Shown: positions 16,189 to 24,529 of the stretch, one piece after another
Layout of the letters: every line of letters begins with the position of its first letter
Position numbering within the stretch: the stretch's first letter is position 1
Virus record (IMG/VR): IMGVR_UViG_3300032232_000699
Location: 1-25,034 of that record
DNA length: 25,034 nt
Direction: 5' to 3' (one strand)
Source of the DNA: a virus
Lineage: Duplodnaviria; Caudoviricetes
Translations under genes and position numbers: made by a program
The notes under the pieces: generated by a model
Seen by the model: the letters and a program-made list of their open reading frames with translations, nothing else
The model's database searches: none
Told to the model about the DNA's origin: nothing

Positions 16189-16959
16189 CTATTTTATAAA
16201 TTGACCACTAACCCAAATATTAGCAGTTGAATTAAATATTTTAATTTGTAAACTATCGCCCGAAACTGAATAGCAATTTACATTTTGTTGTGTCGGATTT
16301 GATGCCATAACAACCCTATCCAACGGGTCACTTTTACCTTTAATAATATTGCCTAAATAATCAGTTAAATAAAAGCCTGTATTGTAACTGCCTAAACCAC
16401 TATACACACGCCTTACAAATCGAATATTAGTCCCTGTGTAGGTAATTGTTAGCTTTGCATAATCATCAGCAACTACTGGAACGAATGTTGGGTTCTTAAT
16501 ATTAACCCTTGTCAATCCTGTTGTAGAATCTCGGTTAATATCCCAAATTGAAACCATACCTATTCTATTCCATCCAACTCCATTATTTCCAACCAAAGAA
16601 CCCCCATTTGTAACATAAGTTGAAAGAAATAAATCTGCATAAGTCATATTAACACTTGCACCCATTTGGTAGTATTTCAGTTGTTCGTCACCTGTTGCAA
16701 GAAAAGTATTAATCTTTTTTACCAAAGGAAAATAAACACGAATAGCACCACTTGGAACTGCTGCAACACTATCAAAGAAGTTCTTATCGTGGTCTGCATC
16801 AACAATGAATTTCCATTGAATTTTACTACCTATTACAGTTGTAGGATAAGCACGAATAACACCCGCTGCATTAACAAGGCTATCTTGTGGAACTGTTCTA
16901 GCTGCATCGTTTTTGCTGCAAGATGTAAAAATAAAAAGTAAAGGAATTATGTATTTCAT
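16189..16959 (-). CDS. Predicted lipoprotein, beta-rich
   Basis: MKYIIPLLFIFTSC signal peptide II pattern. Confidence 0.7.
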   Translation of the reverse strand: MKYIIPLLFIFTSCSKNDAARTVPQDSLVNAAGVIRAYPTTVIGSKIQWKFIVDADHDKNFFDSVAAVPSGAIRVYFPLVKKINTFLATGDEQLKYYQMGASVNMTYADLFLSTYVTNGGSLVGNNGVGWNRIGMVSIWDINRDSTTGLTRVNIKNPTFVPVVADDYAKLTITYTGTNIRFVRRVYSGLGSYNTGFYLTDYLGNIIKGKSDPLDRVVMASNPTQQNVNCYSVSGDSLQIKIFNSTANIWVSGQFIK

Positions 16960-16964
16960 AGATT

Positions 16965-18080
16965 TTAATTATTGGTGAAGTATGAACCTGATACTTGTAT
17001 TACTTGCAGATTTTGAGCAGCAGCATCAACGCTAATAGCTGGTGTTCCTGCATTGTAAACAATTGCACTAGGGAGCGAATTAGCAATTGTTGTGTTATTC
17101 CCCCCATTGGCTATTACTGGAATCATTCTAGAACTATTACTAACTGTAAATCCTGTTACTGTGGATGGTGCTGGCATCACAGATGGGAATGGCAACAAGG
17201 CTCTAGTATTTCCGCTCCCCGCAGTTCCAAATAATACGTTTATTCTAAAAGTTACAAGTCTGCCATTCCTACTCCATTCGTAAGTGTGATTGGTTGTTCC
17301 GCTAGGTCTTGTTCCTCCTGTATAAATTATAGAATCAGTATATGCTCTTTCGGTGCTATCAATTTGAATAGGTAATAATCTTCTTGAAATTCTATTGCTA
17401 TTGGATGTATCAACAACTAATCCCCATCTATTACCTGTTACCGTTGGCAAACTATCTTTATTTAAAATTAAAGATGTGCCTGTTAGTCTGCTTGATAATG
17501 TGCCACCTGTTAATGATAATTTTAAAGCAGCAAGACTATCAACATAATTCTTATCAGTAAATGACCTTGATGTATAACTACCTACTAAATTAGAGTTATA
17601 TCCTGTAAAGCCGTAGAATGTTGCATTGCTGCCACCACCTGCCCCTAAGTTGGCTATCTGCGTTCCACCATTACTATTTAAACTAAGCCCTGCACTACTG
17701 TAAGCCTTTACTTGATTGACTTGTATTGTATTATTTGCACTATTGCCATTGGTTAATATATCCGATAAATCGTATGTAGGGGTATTGGCTGCAATTGCAC
17801 TATCAACTTGATTTTTGCGATAATATCTAACTAAGAAAGAAGTATCTGTACTACCTATTAAATTCCATTTATTGCCACTAAAAGCAAAACAATTTGCCCC
17901 TATTTGTGCAATACCTAATTTATTTCTTGTTGTATCTTTTGGCAAAATTAAACTGCTATCAAATTTGCCACGTTTCCAAATCCAGCCATAATCTTTTGAG
18001 ATATAATATTTAGTCGTGTCTTGAGAAAACCCAACAAAAGAAATCGCTGCTAAAATAAAAGTTAATACTACTTTTTTCAT
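16965..18080 (-). CDS. Tail-fibre/adhesin-like protein with predicted Sec signal peptide
   Basis: MKKVVLTFILAAISFVGFS-Q leader; fibre-type motifs LSDILTNGN, TDKNYVD, LSLTGGTL and C-terminal RNGRLVTFRI; S/T/G/N-rich. Confidence 0.6.
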   Translation of the reverse strand: MKKVVLTFILAAISFVGFSQDTTKYYISKDYGWIWKRGKFDSSLILPKDTTRNKLGIAQIGANCFAFSGNKWNLIGSTDTSFLVRYYRKNQVDSAIAANTPTYDLSDILTNGNSANNTIQVNQVKAYSSAGLSLNSNGGTQIANLGAGGGSNATFYGFTGYNSNLVGSYTSRSFTDKNYVDSLAALKLSLTGGTLSSRLTGTSLILNKDSLPTVTGNRWGLVVDTSNSNRISRRLLPIQIDSTERAYTDSIIYTGGTRPSGTTNHTYEWSRNGRLVTFRINVLFGTAGSGNTRALLPFPSVMPAPSTVTGFTVSNSSRMIPVIANGGNNTTIANSLPSAIVYNAGTPAISVDAAAQNLQVIQVSGSYFTNN

Positions 18081-18793
18081 TAATTTGTTTTATTTAAAAT
18101 TTGTATGTATTGCCCTTGTTCAATGTCATTGCCAAACTCAAATAACCCTGTTGAGCTTGTAAATTTATACTCATTAACTGTTGGCGTTCCTGTTGTTGCA
18201 GTTAGTAATTTATCTCCTTTAAATAACATTAATATAGTTCTGTTTATCAATGTTGCAAAGGTTTTGCTTGTCCCCTCATTTCCTAAACCCTCATAAATAA
18301 GATTAGCTATTATACTCATACTATTATCATTTTCAACTGGTAAGTCTGTAGCAGGTACTTGACATCTATTGCTATTGTAACGGGTGCTAATATTGCAATT
18401 AACGCTAACCCCAACTGTAACATCTGCAAGTTGATACTTTGCTACTTTCATTTGATTGCTTTCGCTTATATCCCAATCTTTATACTCACTATAATTTAGC
18501 AATGCCATATAGTCTTGAGCTATGCTACTTAAATCACTTTTAGCCTCAAATTCATTTGCAGCACTATCGACCGACAAATCAAGTAAATCAAAGAAATGAA
18601 TAGTAAAGCCGTAAGTCGTTTGTCTATCAACTTTACTTATTGTTGCTTGCTCTGCAAGTTCAATAAAACAAGCAGGATAAACTATTTCGCCGTTGCTAAG
18701 GAACTCGTCAAAATCGCCAACAAATACAGTCTTAATTTGTCGGTGTGCTGTTGCTATCCCCTCTAATCTCCGTATAACCTGCTTAAGCGTCAT
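18080..18793 (-). CDS. Putative neck/tail-terminator-like structural protein
   Basis: Follows the adaptor; IVYPACFI..YGFTIHFFD pattern resembles tail-completion proteins; has an extra C-terminal segment. Confidence 0.5.
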   Translation of the reverse strand: MTLKQVIRRLEGIATAHRQIKTVFVGDFDEFLSNGEIVYPACFIELAEQATISKVDRQTTYGFTIHFFDLLDLSVDSAANEFEAKSDLSSIAQDYMALLNYSEYKDWDISESNQMKVAKYQLADVTVGVSVNCNISTRYNSNRCQVPATDLPVENDNSMSIIANLIYEGLGNEGTSKTFATLINRTILMLFKGDKLLTATTGTPTVNEYKFTSSTGLFEFGNDIEQGQYIQILNKTN

Positions 18794-18920
18794 AATATTT
18801 TAAGTTTGTGCTTGGTTTATTTACCCCTTTATTTTTTTCGTTTTTATTAATGTCATTGCTTTGCTTTGCTAAAAATATTTTTAATTTTTCAACGTTCTTT
18901 TTACTTTCTTTTTTAGACAT
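18783..18920 (-). CDS. Small basic protein (45 aa)
   Basis: Hand translation MSKKESKKNVEKLKIFLAKQSNDINKNEKNKGVNKPSTNLKYYDA*; overlaps both neighbours. Confidence 0.5.
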   Translation of the reverse strand: MSKKESKKNVEKLKIFLAKQSNDINKNEKNKGVNKPSTNLKYYDA

Positions 18921-19524
18921 TGTTATTGAGTTGATAATTGTTATTTACAATTCCTTTGTTTGCATCTCTTCTCCTGGTGCTGTAATTATCATAAGGGTAA
19001 TCACTTTCATCACCTAAGTAAATAGGACAAGTGTAAGCTGTTGCCGTTGGCGAAACTCCATCAAGTGTAGTTATAACTGCTAAATACTCAGGAAACTTTG
19101 CTTTTGCGTTTTCTCTTAAATATTGCATTGTTGCCTTAATGTAAAATTCAGCATAAGATTTGTACTTATTTTTTAATTCGTTCAATTTGGCAACATCAAC
19201 ACTTTGTGTCTTGTCAGCATTATTTACAACAACACCCACATTTGCATATTGATACTGCAAGGTATCTGGCATTTCTGCCATAACTAACCAAATCATTACA
19301 TCTATCAAATAACTATCTCGCAAAGTTAAGTAATCCCCCGATAAGTTGGCATTAGTTACACCGTCTTGAATTTTGGCAAATAATGCACTACCTAATAATT
19401 CTCTTACTCTAAAATCCTGCACTACTTTAATAATGGGATAAATTAGTTTATCGTCAGTATTTGTGTGAGCTGGCGTTCTATCCTTAAATGTTTTCGGCGA
19501 TATTAATAAAGCGTTACTGCTCAT
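18913..19524 (-). CDS. Putative head-tail adaptor
   Basis: Helical 203-aa protein directly after the portal (VQD..LLGSALF..). Confidence 0.6.
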   Translation of the reverse strand: MSSNALLISPKTFKDRTPAHTNTDDKLIYPIIKVVQDFRVRELLGSALFAKIQDGVTNANLSGDYLTLRDSYLIDVMIWLVMAEMPDTLQYQYANVGVVVNNADKTQSVDVAKLNELKNKYKSYAEFYIKATMQYLRENAKAKFPEYLAVITTLDGVSPTATAYTCPIYLGDESDYPYDNYSTRRRDANKGIVNNNYQLNNNV

Positions 19525-19525
19525 T

Positions 19526-21685
19526 TTACTTAGTTTTTTTAATTACTGCATTAGCAACCCATTCGTGGCGACATTGGTATTCGATATTGCCGTTGTTATT
19601 GAAGAAACCGCCACTATGCTCAAATACATTATAACCAACTGCCTGAGATATGTTTTGTATTGCAACCCTACTCCACATTTTCCCTTGCTTACTCATTCCT
19701 ACTAACTTCTTGCAAAACGGTCTTGATGTTGGCAACAAATCTGGTCCACTAACATCATTTCTTTTCTCGTAAGAATAACGAATTAATATTTTGGGAAGTG
19801 AAACCTTTGGCGTTTTAATGACTACTTTTATCGCACCGCTTGCAGCTTGCTCAATTATTCCTTTTGCTATTAATCCTGCAATAATAGAAGTTACCAAAGC
19901 AGCATCTAATCCTAATGTAGTTGCTACATTTTCGGCTGTTAAATTAGGATCTAATTGCAATAAATCTTTAACCTTGTTTTCGTTTTCGTCAAGTTCTGTT
20001 TGTGCATCGAACATCAAACGAAACTCAAAATTTTCATCTTGAGAAATCGGAGTTTTTTTTATCACTTCATAATCACTCGCCAATTCAAAACAAGCCTCAA
20101 ACATTGCAGATAAATCATCATCACTACTAAACTTTGTATCAATCGTTGCAGGGTTATCATCAACGCCTAAATAATTATTTATATCATCATCTGTAAATCC
20201 AAATCCTTTAAGCTGTATTGCTGATTGTGCTTTGTTTAACTTGCCTTGATTAAATAGCCTAAGTATTCTCAGTAAGCCTTGCTGTTGTCTGCCTGTAAGA
20301 TTTACAAGTGCATCATTAGTCATTGCAGTTGGTGTAGTTGCAGTAGGTGTAACTATTGGCATCCCATTAATATCTAATACAGAACTTCTAGGTTGCAAGT
20401 TTACAAGGCTTCTAATCTCATCCTCTGCCATACTTTCAAGAACCTTATTAGCTACTAATGGGCTTAAACTATTTAAGGCATTGATAACTTGTTTAGCACC
20501 TTGACTTTGATTAACTTCAAAATAAGATTTATCTATTCCTAACTTATCTGTTATCCATTCTTTTGGAGCAACTGCCAGCATTGTTGCTGCATCAATTTCA
20601 ACTCCAACTGGCTCAATATCTTTTAACTTAAACTTTGATTGAACACCAGCAATCGAAGCAAAATAGCTAACTAATTTCTCAATAGTTCTTTGTTTGCTGT
20701 TTGCGTAAGTATTTTTAAAAATGTCAAATGCAATCTTTAATTCACTGCTATTGCCTAATTTTCCTGCTTGTTGAATACCAAATAATAAAGGGTGTGTAAC
20801 ACTATGACCTGCAAAAACCTTGGATGTAATTAAATTGTCAATGGCTGTGAAATCTTCTTTTGTTAAATCGTTTGTCCCTAAATCGTCAACTAATGGAGCT
20901 TGTTCTTTATCAACTGCGAAATTTATTAAAGTTGTTTCACCCTCACTCCCGTTAAACTTGTTTTTAATTCGTTGTGTTACTATTCCTTTCTCTTCTTCAG
21001 TAGGTTGAACGCCTACAAATGTAATCATCTTTGTTGCACTAAAACCTGTTAATGCCTTTGTAAGCGTTGCCTTGCTTACTTCAATATCGCTTTCAATCCA
21101 ATTTGCACACGCTACCCAACTTGGTAAAGGATAACATACAGAGCCGTTATTTTCTTTGTAGAAAAATATACTTGCTTCTTTGTTTGTTGTATTAAATGAT
21201 GGATAATATTTCCAATCTTCGTAAGTGCCATAAACATTCTCCTTTCTATATCCAAACTCCGACCCCTCAATATTGCTTCGACAATTAATATAAGTAAGAT
21301 TGTAATAGTTAAAACCACCTCCCAACTTTGGCACACATTGCAAATAAAAACCCCCATACTTTTCAATGTCAATTACAGCCTTTTTTATTACTTCATCCCA
21401 ACTCTCATTTTCGTTTGCTTTCTTTAAAAATTCAGTAGCAACTAAATTATTTTCATCCTCTGGAGCTAAACCATTGCCAACAATATAAACTGCTTTGCCG
21501 TTAACGATAGCAGCGTGAATAGCAGACTTATTATAAAGGTAAGTTAAGTATTTAGGGTAATCGTCTTTACTGCCAAATTTGATATGTCTTTTGCCACTAA
21601 ATTTGTTAATAGTAGGGATAACACTATCGGCAAATTTTATCTTTGCAGTATCGAAAATGAATTTATGTTGTGGTTTAGTTGCCAT
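19526..21685 (-). CDS. Portal protein with long C-terminal extension
   Basis: FGSKDDYPKYL..SAIHAAIVNGK, YPLPSW, HSVTHPLLFGI portal-type motifs; C-terminal SRPFC..CRHEW. Confidence 0.8.
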   Translation of the reverse strand: MATKPQHKFIFDTAKIKFADSVIPTINKFSGKRHIKFGSKDDYPKYLTYLYNKSAIHAAIVNGKAVYIVGNGLAPEDENNLVATEFLKKANENESWDEVIKKAVIDIEKYGGFYLQCVPKLGGGFNYYNLTYINCRSNIEGSEFGYRKENVYGTYEDWKYYPSFNTTNKEASIFFYKENNGSVCYPLPSWVACANWIESDIEVSKATLTKALTGFSATKMITFVGVQPTEEEKGIVTQRIKNKFNGSEGETTLINFAVDKEQAPLVDDLGTNDLTKEDFTAIDNLITSKVFAGHSVTHPLLFGIQQAGKLGNSSELKIAFDIFKNTYANSKQRTIEKLVSYFASIAGVQSKFKLKDIEPVGVEIDAATMLAVAPKEWITDKLGIDKSYFEVNQSQGAKQVINALNSLSPLVANKVLESMAEDEIRSLVNLQPRSSVLDINGMPIVTPTATTPTAMTNDALVNLTGRQQQGLLRILRLFNQGKLNKAQSAIQLKGFGFTDDDINNYLGVDDNPATIDTKFSSDDDLSAMFEACFELASDYEVIKKTPISQDENFEFRLMFDAQTELDENENKVKDLLQLDPNLTAENVATTLGLDAALVTSIIAGLIAKGIIEQAASGAIKVVIKTPKVSLPKILIRYSYEKRNDVSGPDLLPTSRPFCKKLVGMSKQGKMWSRVAIQNISQAVGYNVFEHSGGFFNNNGNIEYQCRHEWVANAVIKKTK

Positions 21686-22058
21686 AAGTCTTGTATGATG
21701 TTGTTTGCGTGTCGTTGGTATAAATATCAGATTCAGTTTGCTTTAAAACCATCTTTCCACATTCAACCATTGTTAGCCCTGTAACGTTAGTATTTGTTGA
21801 GCTTGTTTGTTGATAAACTTGATATTGATATTGCCCAACTTTCGCAGATGCAAATGTAGTTGATGTATTAATTAAAAACTCATTGAATCTAGTTTTATAG
21901 CTGCTAATATCATCAGTTAATGCGAATATTTTATTAACGATTGCCTTTGTAGTTGTGTGTGTAAATACAAATAAATAATAGCCAGTAGTAATTGTTGAAC
22001 TTTCATTCAAAGTTACTAAAATACTTTCGCTACTATTTGATTTATTAAGTTGTATCAT
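21675..22058 (-). CDS. Hypothetical structural protein (127 aa)
   Basis: Beta-rich (GQYQYQVY); lies between the tube-like gene and the portal. Confidence 0.7.
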   Translation of the reverse strand: MIQLNKSNSSESILVTLNESSTITTGYYLFVFTHTTTKAIVNKIFALTDDISSYKTRFNEFLINTSTTFASAKVGQYQYQVYQQTSSTNTNVTGLTMVECGKMVLKQTESDIYTNDTQTTSYKTYGN

Positions 22059-22063
22059 TTATG

Positions 22064-22098
22064 AAAAAAAGGCGTGACGTTATTTATCGCCACGCCTT
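22064..22098 (-). terminator. Intrinsic terminator
   Basis: GGCGTGACG-N8-CGCCACGCC hairpin with T7 on the minus strand. Confidence 0.8.
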
Positions 22099-22120
22099 GT
22101 TTAAAAGTATATTTACTAAT

Positions 22121-22642
22121 TTACGCCCCTGCTGTTAATAAAGTTGCTATTGTAGCATCATTAACGTTGTAAGCCAATTCTTTTTCTTCACCCTCAAACA
22201 CTAACTCATAACCGTTTCTATCGGCAAGTTTAACGCCTGTTTTAGTAGTTGCAGTTGCCAAATTTAAACCGTAGTTTTTGCCATACAACCAACCTAAACC
22301 ATTCTCATCAATAAGAACAAATAATAGTCTTTGTTCTCTTAATAGCATCAACTCATTTCTTACTGAAACAGTCATTTTGTTAATAGGAAACTTTAAAGTT
22401 TGTTTAACCTCATTTGTTCCCATTTCACGACTGCGAGTGTTTACTTCGTCACCCTCGGCAGTATGAGCAACTAACTCATATTTTCTAAACTGTTTGCCTG
22501 TTGCTTTTGTAATTCCTGTTACTATTCCAGCACTTGCAGTAATAGTTGTTGCGTTGTCAAATTCCATCACATAAACAACATTGACACCGCCGTAACTATC
22601 TGCACAATCTCTTGTATATCCTTGTGTTAATGCACACGCCAT
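22121..22642 (-). CDS. Putative major tail tube-like protein (start MACALT)
   Basis: MACALTQGYTRDC..GGV N-terminus; beta-rich; follows the capsid gene and precedes a strong terminator. Confidence 0.6.
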   Translation of the reverse strand: MACALTQGYTRDCADSYGGVNVVYVMEFDNATTITASAGIVTGITKATGKQFRKYELVAHTAEGDEVNTRSREMGTNEVKQTLKFPINKMTVSVRNELMLLREQRLLFVLIDENGLGWLYGKNYGLNLATATTKTGVKLADRNGYELVFEGEEKELAYNVNDATIATLLTAGA

Positions 22643-22655
22643 TTTGTTAAGTTTT

Positions 22656-22683
22656 AAAAAGGGGTTATATTTCAAACCCCCTT
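22656..22683 (-). terminator. Terminator/attenuator after the capsid gene
   Basis: GGGGTT...AACCCC stem with a T-tract on the minus strand. Confidence 0.55.
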
Positions 22684-22697
22684 AATTATTTAATATC

Positions 22698-23726
22698 TTA
22701 TCCTCCGTAAAGAACGCCTGTTGCAGCTCTTGTAACGTGAGCAGCCATTGTGTAGATACTTCTTACAAACTTAGTATCACCATCATTCGCTACTTTACCA
22801 ACCTCAAAGCGAGTGATGTCATCTACTAAATCTGTATTCCAACTAATAGCATCTTTTGCAGTTGCATAAGCCATTAAGTTGTTAGGTACTGGAACAAATA
22901 ATACCTCTACACCGTTGTAAGAAATTTTTTCAGTTGCTCCGCTACCCTCTACCAAGAAGTTAACTTGTTGAGCTGCACCTACTGCATTGTTAGCAATCTT
23001 AATCAATTGCTTCCAAGCTCTCGGAGCATAGATAACACACTCAGCACCTACTCTTGTATTCTCTAAAATGTTTGCAGGGATTGCAGCGTAAATTTTAGCA
23101 AATTCGGCAGCGATGTTTGAACTTGTTACAGTTGTACCTGTTACCTTAATGTAGCTTCCTAAAGCACCACCATCATAAAGTATCTTTGCAAATACACCAT
23201 CTAACCCTGCAAGTCCTGCTGTTAATGCTGCAACTGCTGTCTGCGTTGCTGCTGTCATTGAACCTTGACTAGATCCAGGAGTTAATGCAGCGATTGCAGT
23301 TTTTGTAGCCGAAGTGATAGCACCCCAAAACTTAGTTTCTGCATCCTCTGAAACATTTGGGCCCACCATTGCAAGAACTTCACTTGCGAACTCATTACTA
23401 TCAATGTACCAAGCCCCAGGCTTCATTGTACGATTGTAACGACCTGCTCTCAAACTTTCCTCTAAGAACGTTTGTTTGTATTCCAACTTAATAGGCGTTA
23501 CTGCTCTATCAAGCAAGTTAATTGTTCCACTTGAACTCAATGCAGCACCTGTATAAAGTTGAGCAGTTACATCAATAGAATTTTCACTAATGATAGTATT
23601 TGCTTTGATGTTGTCATTGAATACAACATAACCTTTTTCTAAGGTTTTGTTTGCATAAAGAATTTCAGCTATTATCGGAGCTACCGCTTGACCTCTAATG
23701 TCAACTGAAGTATAGCTTATTGCCAT
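22698..23726 (-). CDS. Major capsid protein (putative, HK97 fold)
   Basis: 342 aa after the protease and scaffold, followed by a terminator; ETKFWG..DGVF..SSNIAAEFAKIYAAIP. Confidence 0.75.
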   Translation of the reverse strand: MAISYTSVDIRGQAVAPIIAEILYANKTLEKGYVVFNDNIKANTIISENSIDVTAQLYTGAALSSSGTINLLDRAVTPIKLEYKQTFLEESLRAGRYNRTMKPGAWYIDSNEFASEVLAMVGPNVSEDAETKFWGAITSATKTAIAALTPGSSQGSMTAATQTAVAALTAGLAGLDGVFAKILYDGGALGSYIKVTGTTVTSSNIAAEFAKIYAAIPANILENTRVGAECVIYAPRAWKQLIKIANNAVGAAQQVNFLVEGSGATEKISYNGVEVLFVPVPNNLMAYATAKDAISWNTDLVDDITRFEVGKVANDGDTKFVRSIYTMAAHVTRAATGVLYGG

Positions 23727-23727
23727 T

Positions 23728-23916
23728 TTATTTGTTTTTTAAATTGTTATTGTAATGTTTTAAATCGTTTTCTAACCACTCAATCTGTTCATCTGAAAGA
23801 TTGCCTTTGCAATAATCTTTAACGCTTATTTTTTCGGGAATAGCCTCTAAAAATGCTTTGTAATTAATACCAGTTTCAAAAGGATTTACAAATGCTTCTT
23901 TGTTTACTTTTGCCAT
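23728..23916 (-). CDS. Hypothetical protein (62 aa)
   Basis: Tiled between scaffold and capsid genes. Confidence 0.7.
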   Translation of the reverse strand: MAKVNKEAFVNPFETGINYKAFLEAIPEKISVKDYCKGNLSDEQIEWLENDLKHYNNNLKNK

Positions 23917-23918
23917 AA

Positions 23919-24488
23919 TTAATTTACATTATTTTGTGCTTTCCACTTTTCAAAAGCTGATAAATCTTGATATGATTTTTCTTTCTCCAAAGGAGTTTGA
24001 ACGCTTTGATTTGACATAAGTTCTACGGCTGCAAACAATTCTTTGTTTACTTCTTTCAAACTTTCGATTTGTTGTGATTGTGAAGCGAAACGTGCTTCAA
24101 TACTTTCAAACTTAGATAATTTAACCTCTAAAGTTTTGATGTGTGATTGCATTGCAACTACTTCTTTTTTCATCTCCATTTCAGGAGCTTCAACAGCTTC
24201 AGTTGCTGCTGGTGTCATTTCGGTAATCATACCACCTACAACAGTAATCTCATCACCACTTGGCAATGTATAACTTCCATCTGCTGCAACTGTTTCGCCA
24301 TTCATAACAGCACCGCCAACAGCTAAATTATCAATGCTTAAAACAGTTCCATCTGCAAGAGTGTACTCAGTCATAGCCATTTTAACTGGCTCAACTTTCT
24401 CAGGCATTGCAATTGGTGGTGTTTCAACTGCAAGTAAAATCTTTTTTACTGCATCGAATTTCGCCTTAATTTGTTCTTGAATATTCAT
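23919..24488 (-). CDS. Putative capsid scaffolding protein
   Basis: Acidic; YTLADG/DGSYTLPSG repeats and a coiled-coil C-terminus; between protease and capsid genes. Confidence 0.6.
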   Translation of the reverse strand: MNIQEQIKAKFDAVKKILLAVETPPIAMPEKVEPVKMAMTEYTLADGTVLSIDNLAVGGAVMNGETVAADGSYTLPSGDEITVVGGMITEMTPAATEAVEAPEMEMKKEVVAMQSHIKTLEVKLSKFESIEARFASQSQQIESLKEVNKELFAAVELMSNQSVQTPLEKEKSYQDLSAFEKWKAQNNVN

Positions 24489-24529
24489 AAAAAATAATCT
24501 CTTTAATAATAAAGACTATTTTTTAAAAA

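Noticed and set aside
2073-24273. Many short antisense or alternate-frame ORFs (e.g. 2073, 7533, 8094, 9424, 11996, 14442, 15799, 16666, 19791, 21112, 22278, 24043)
   Set aside because: They overlap better-supported genes and show no recognisable motifs.
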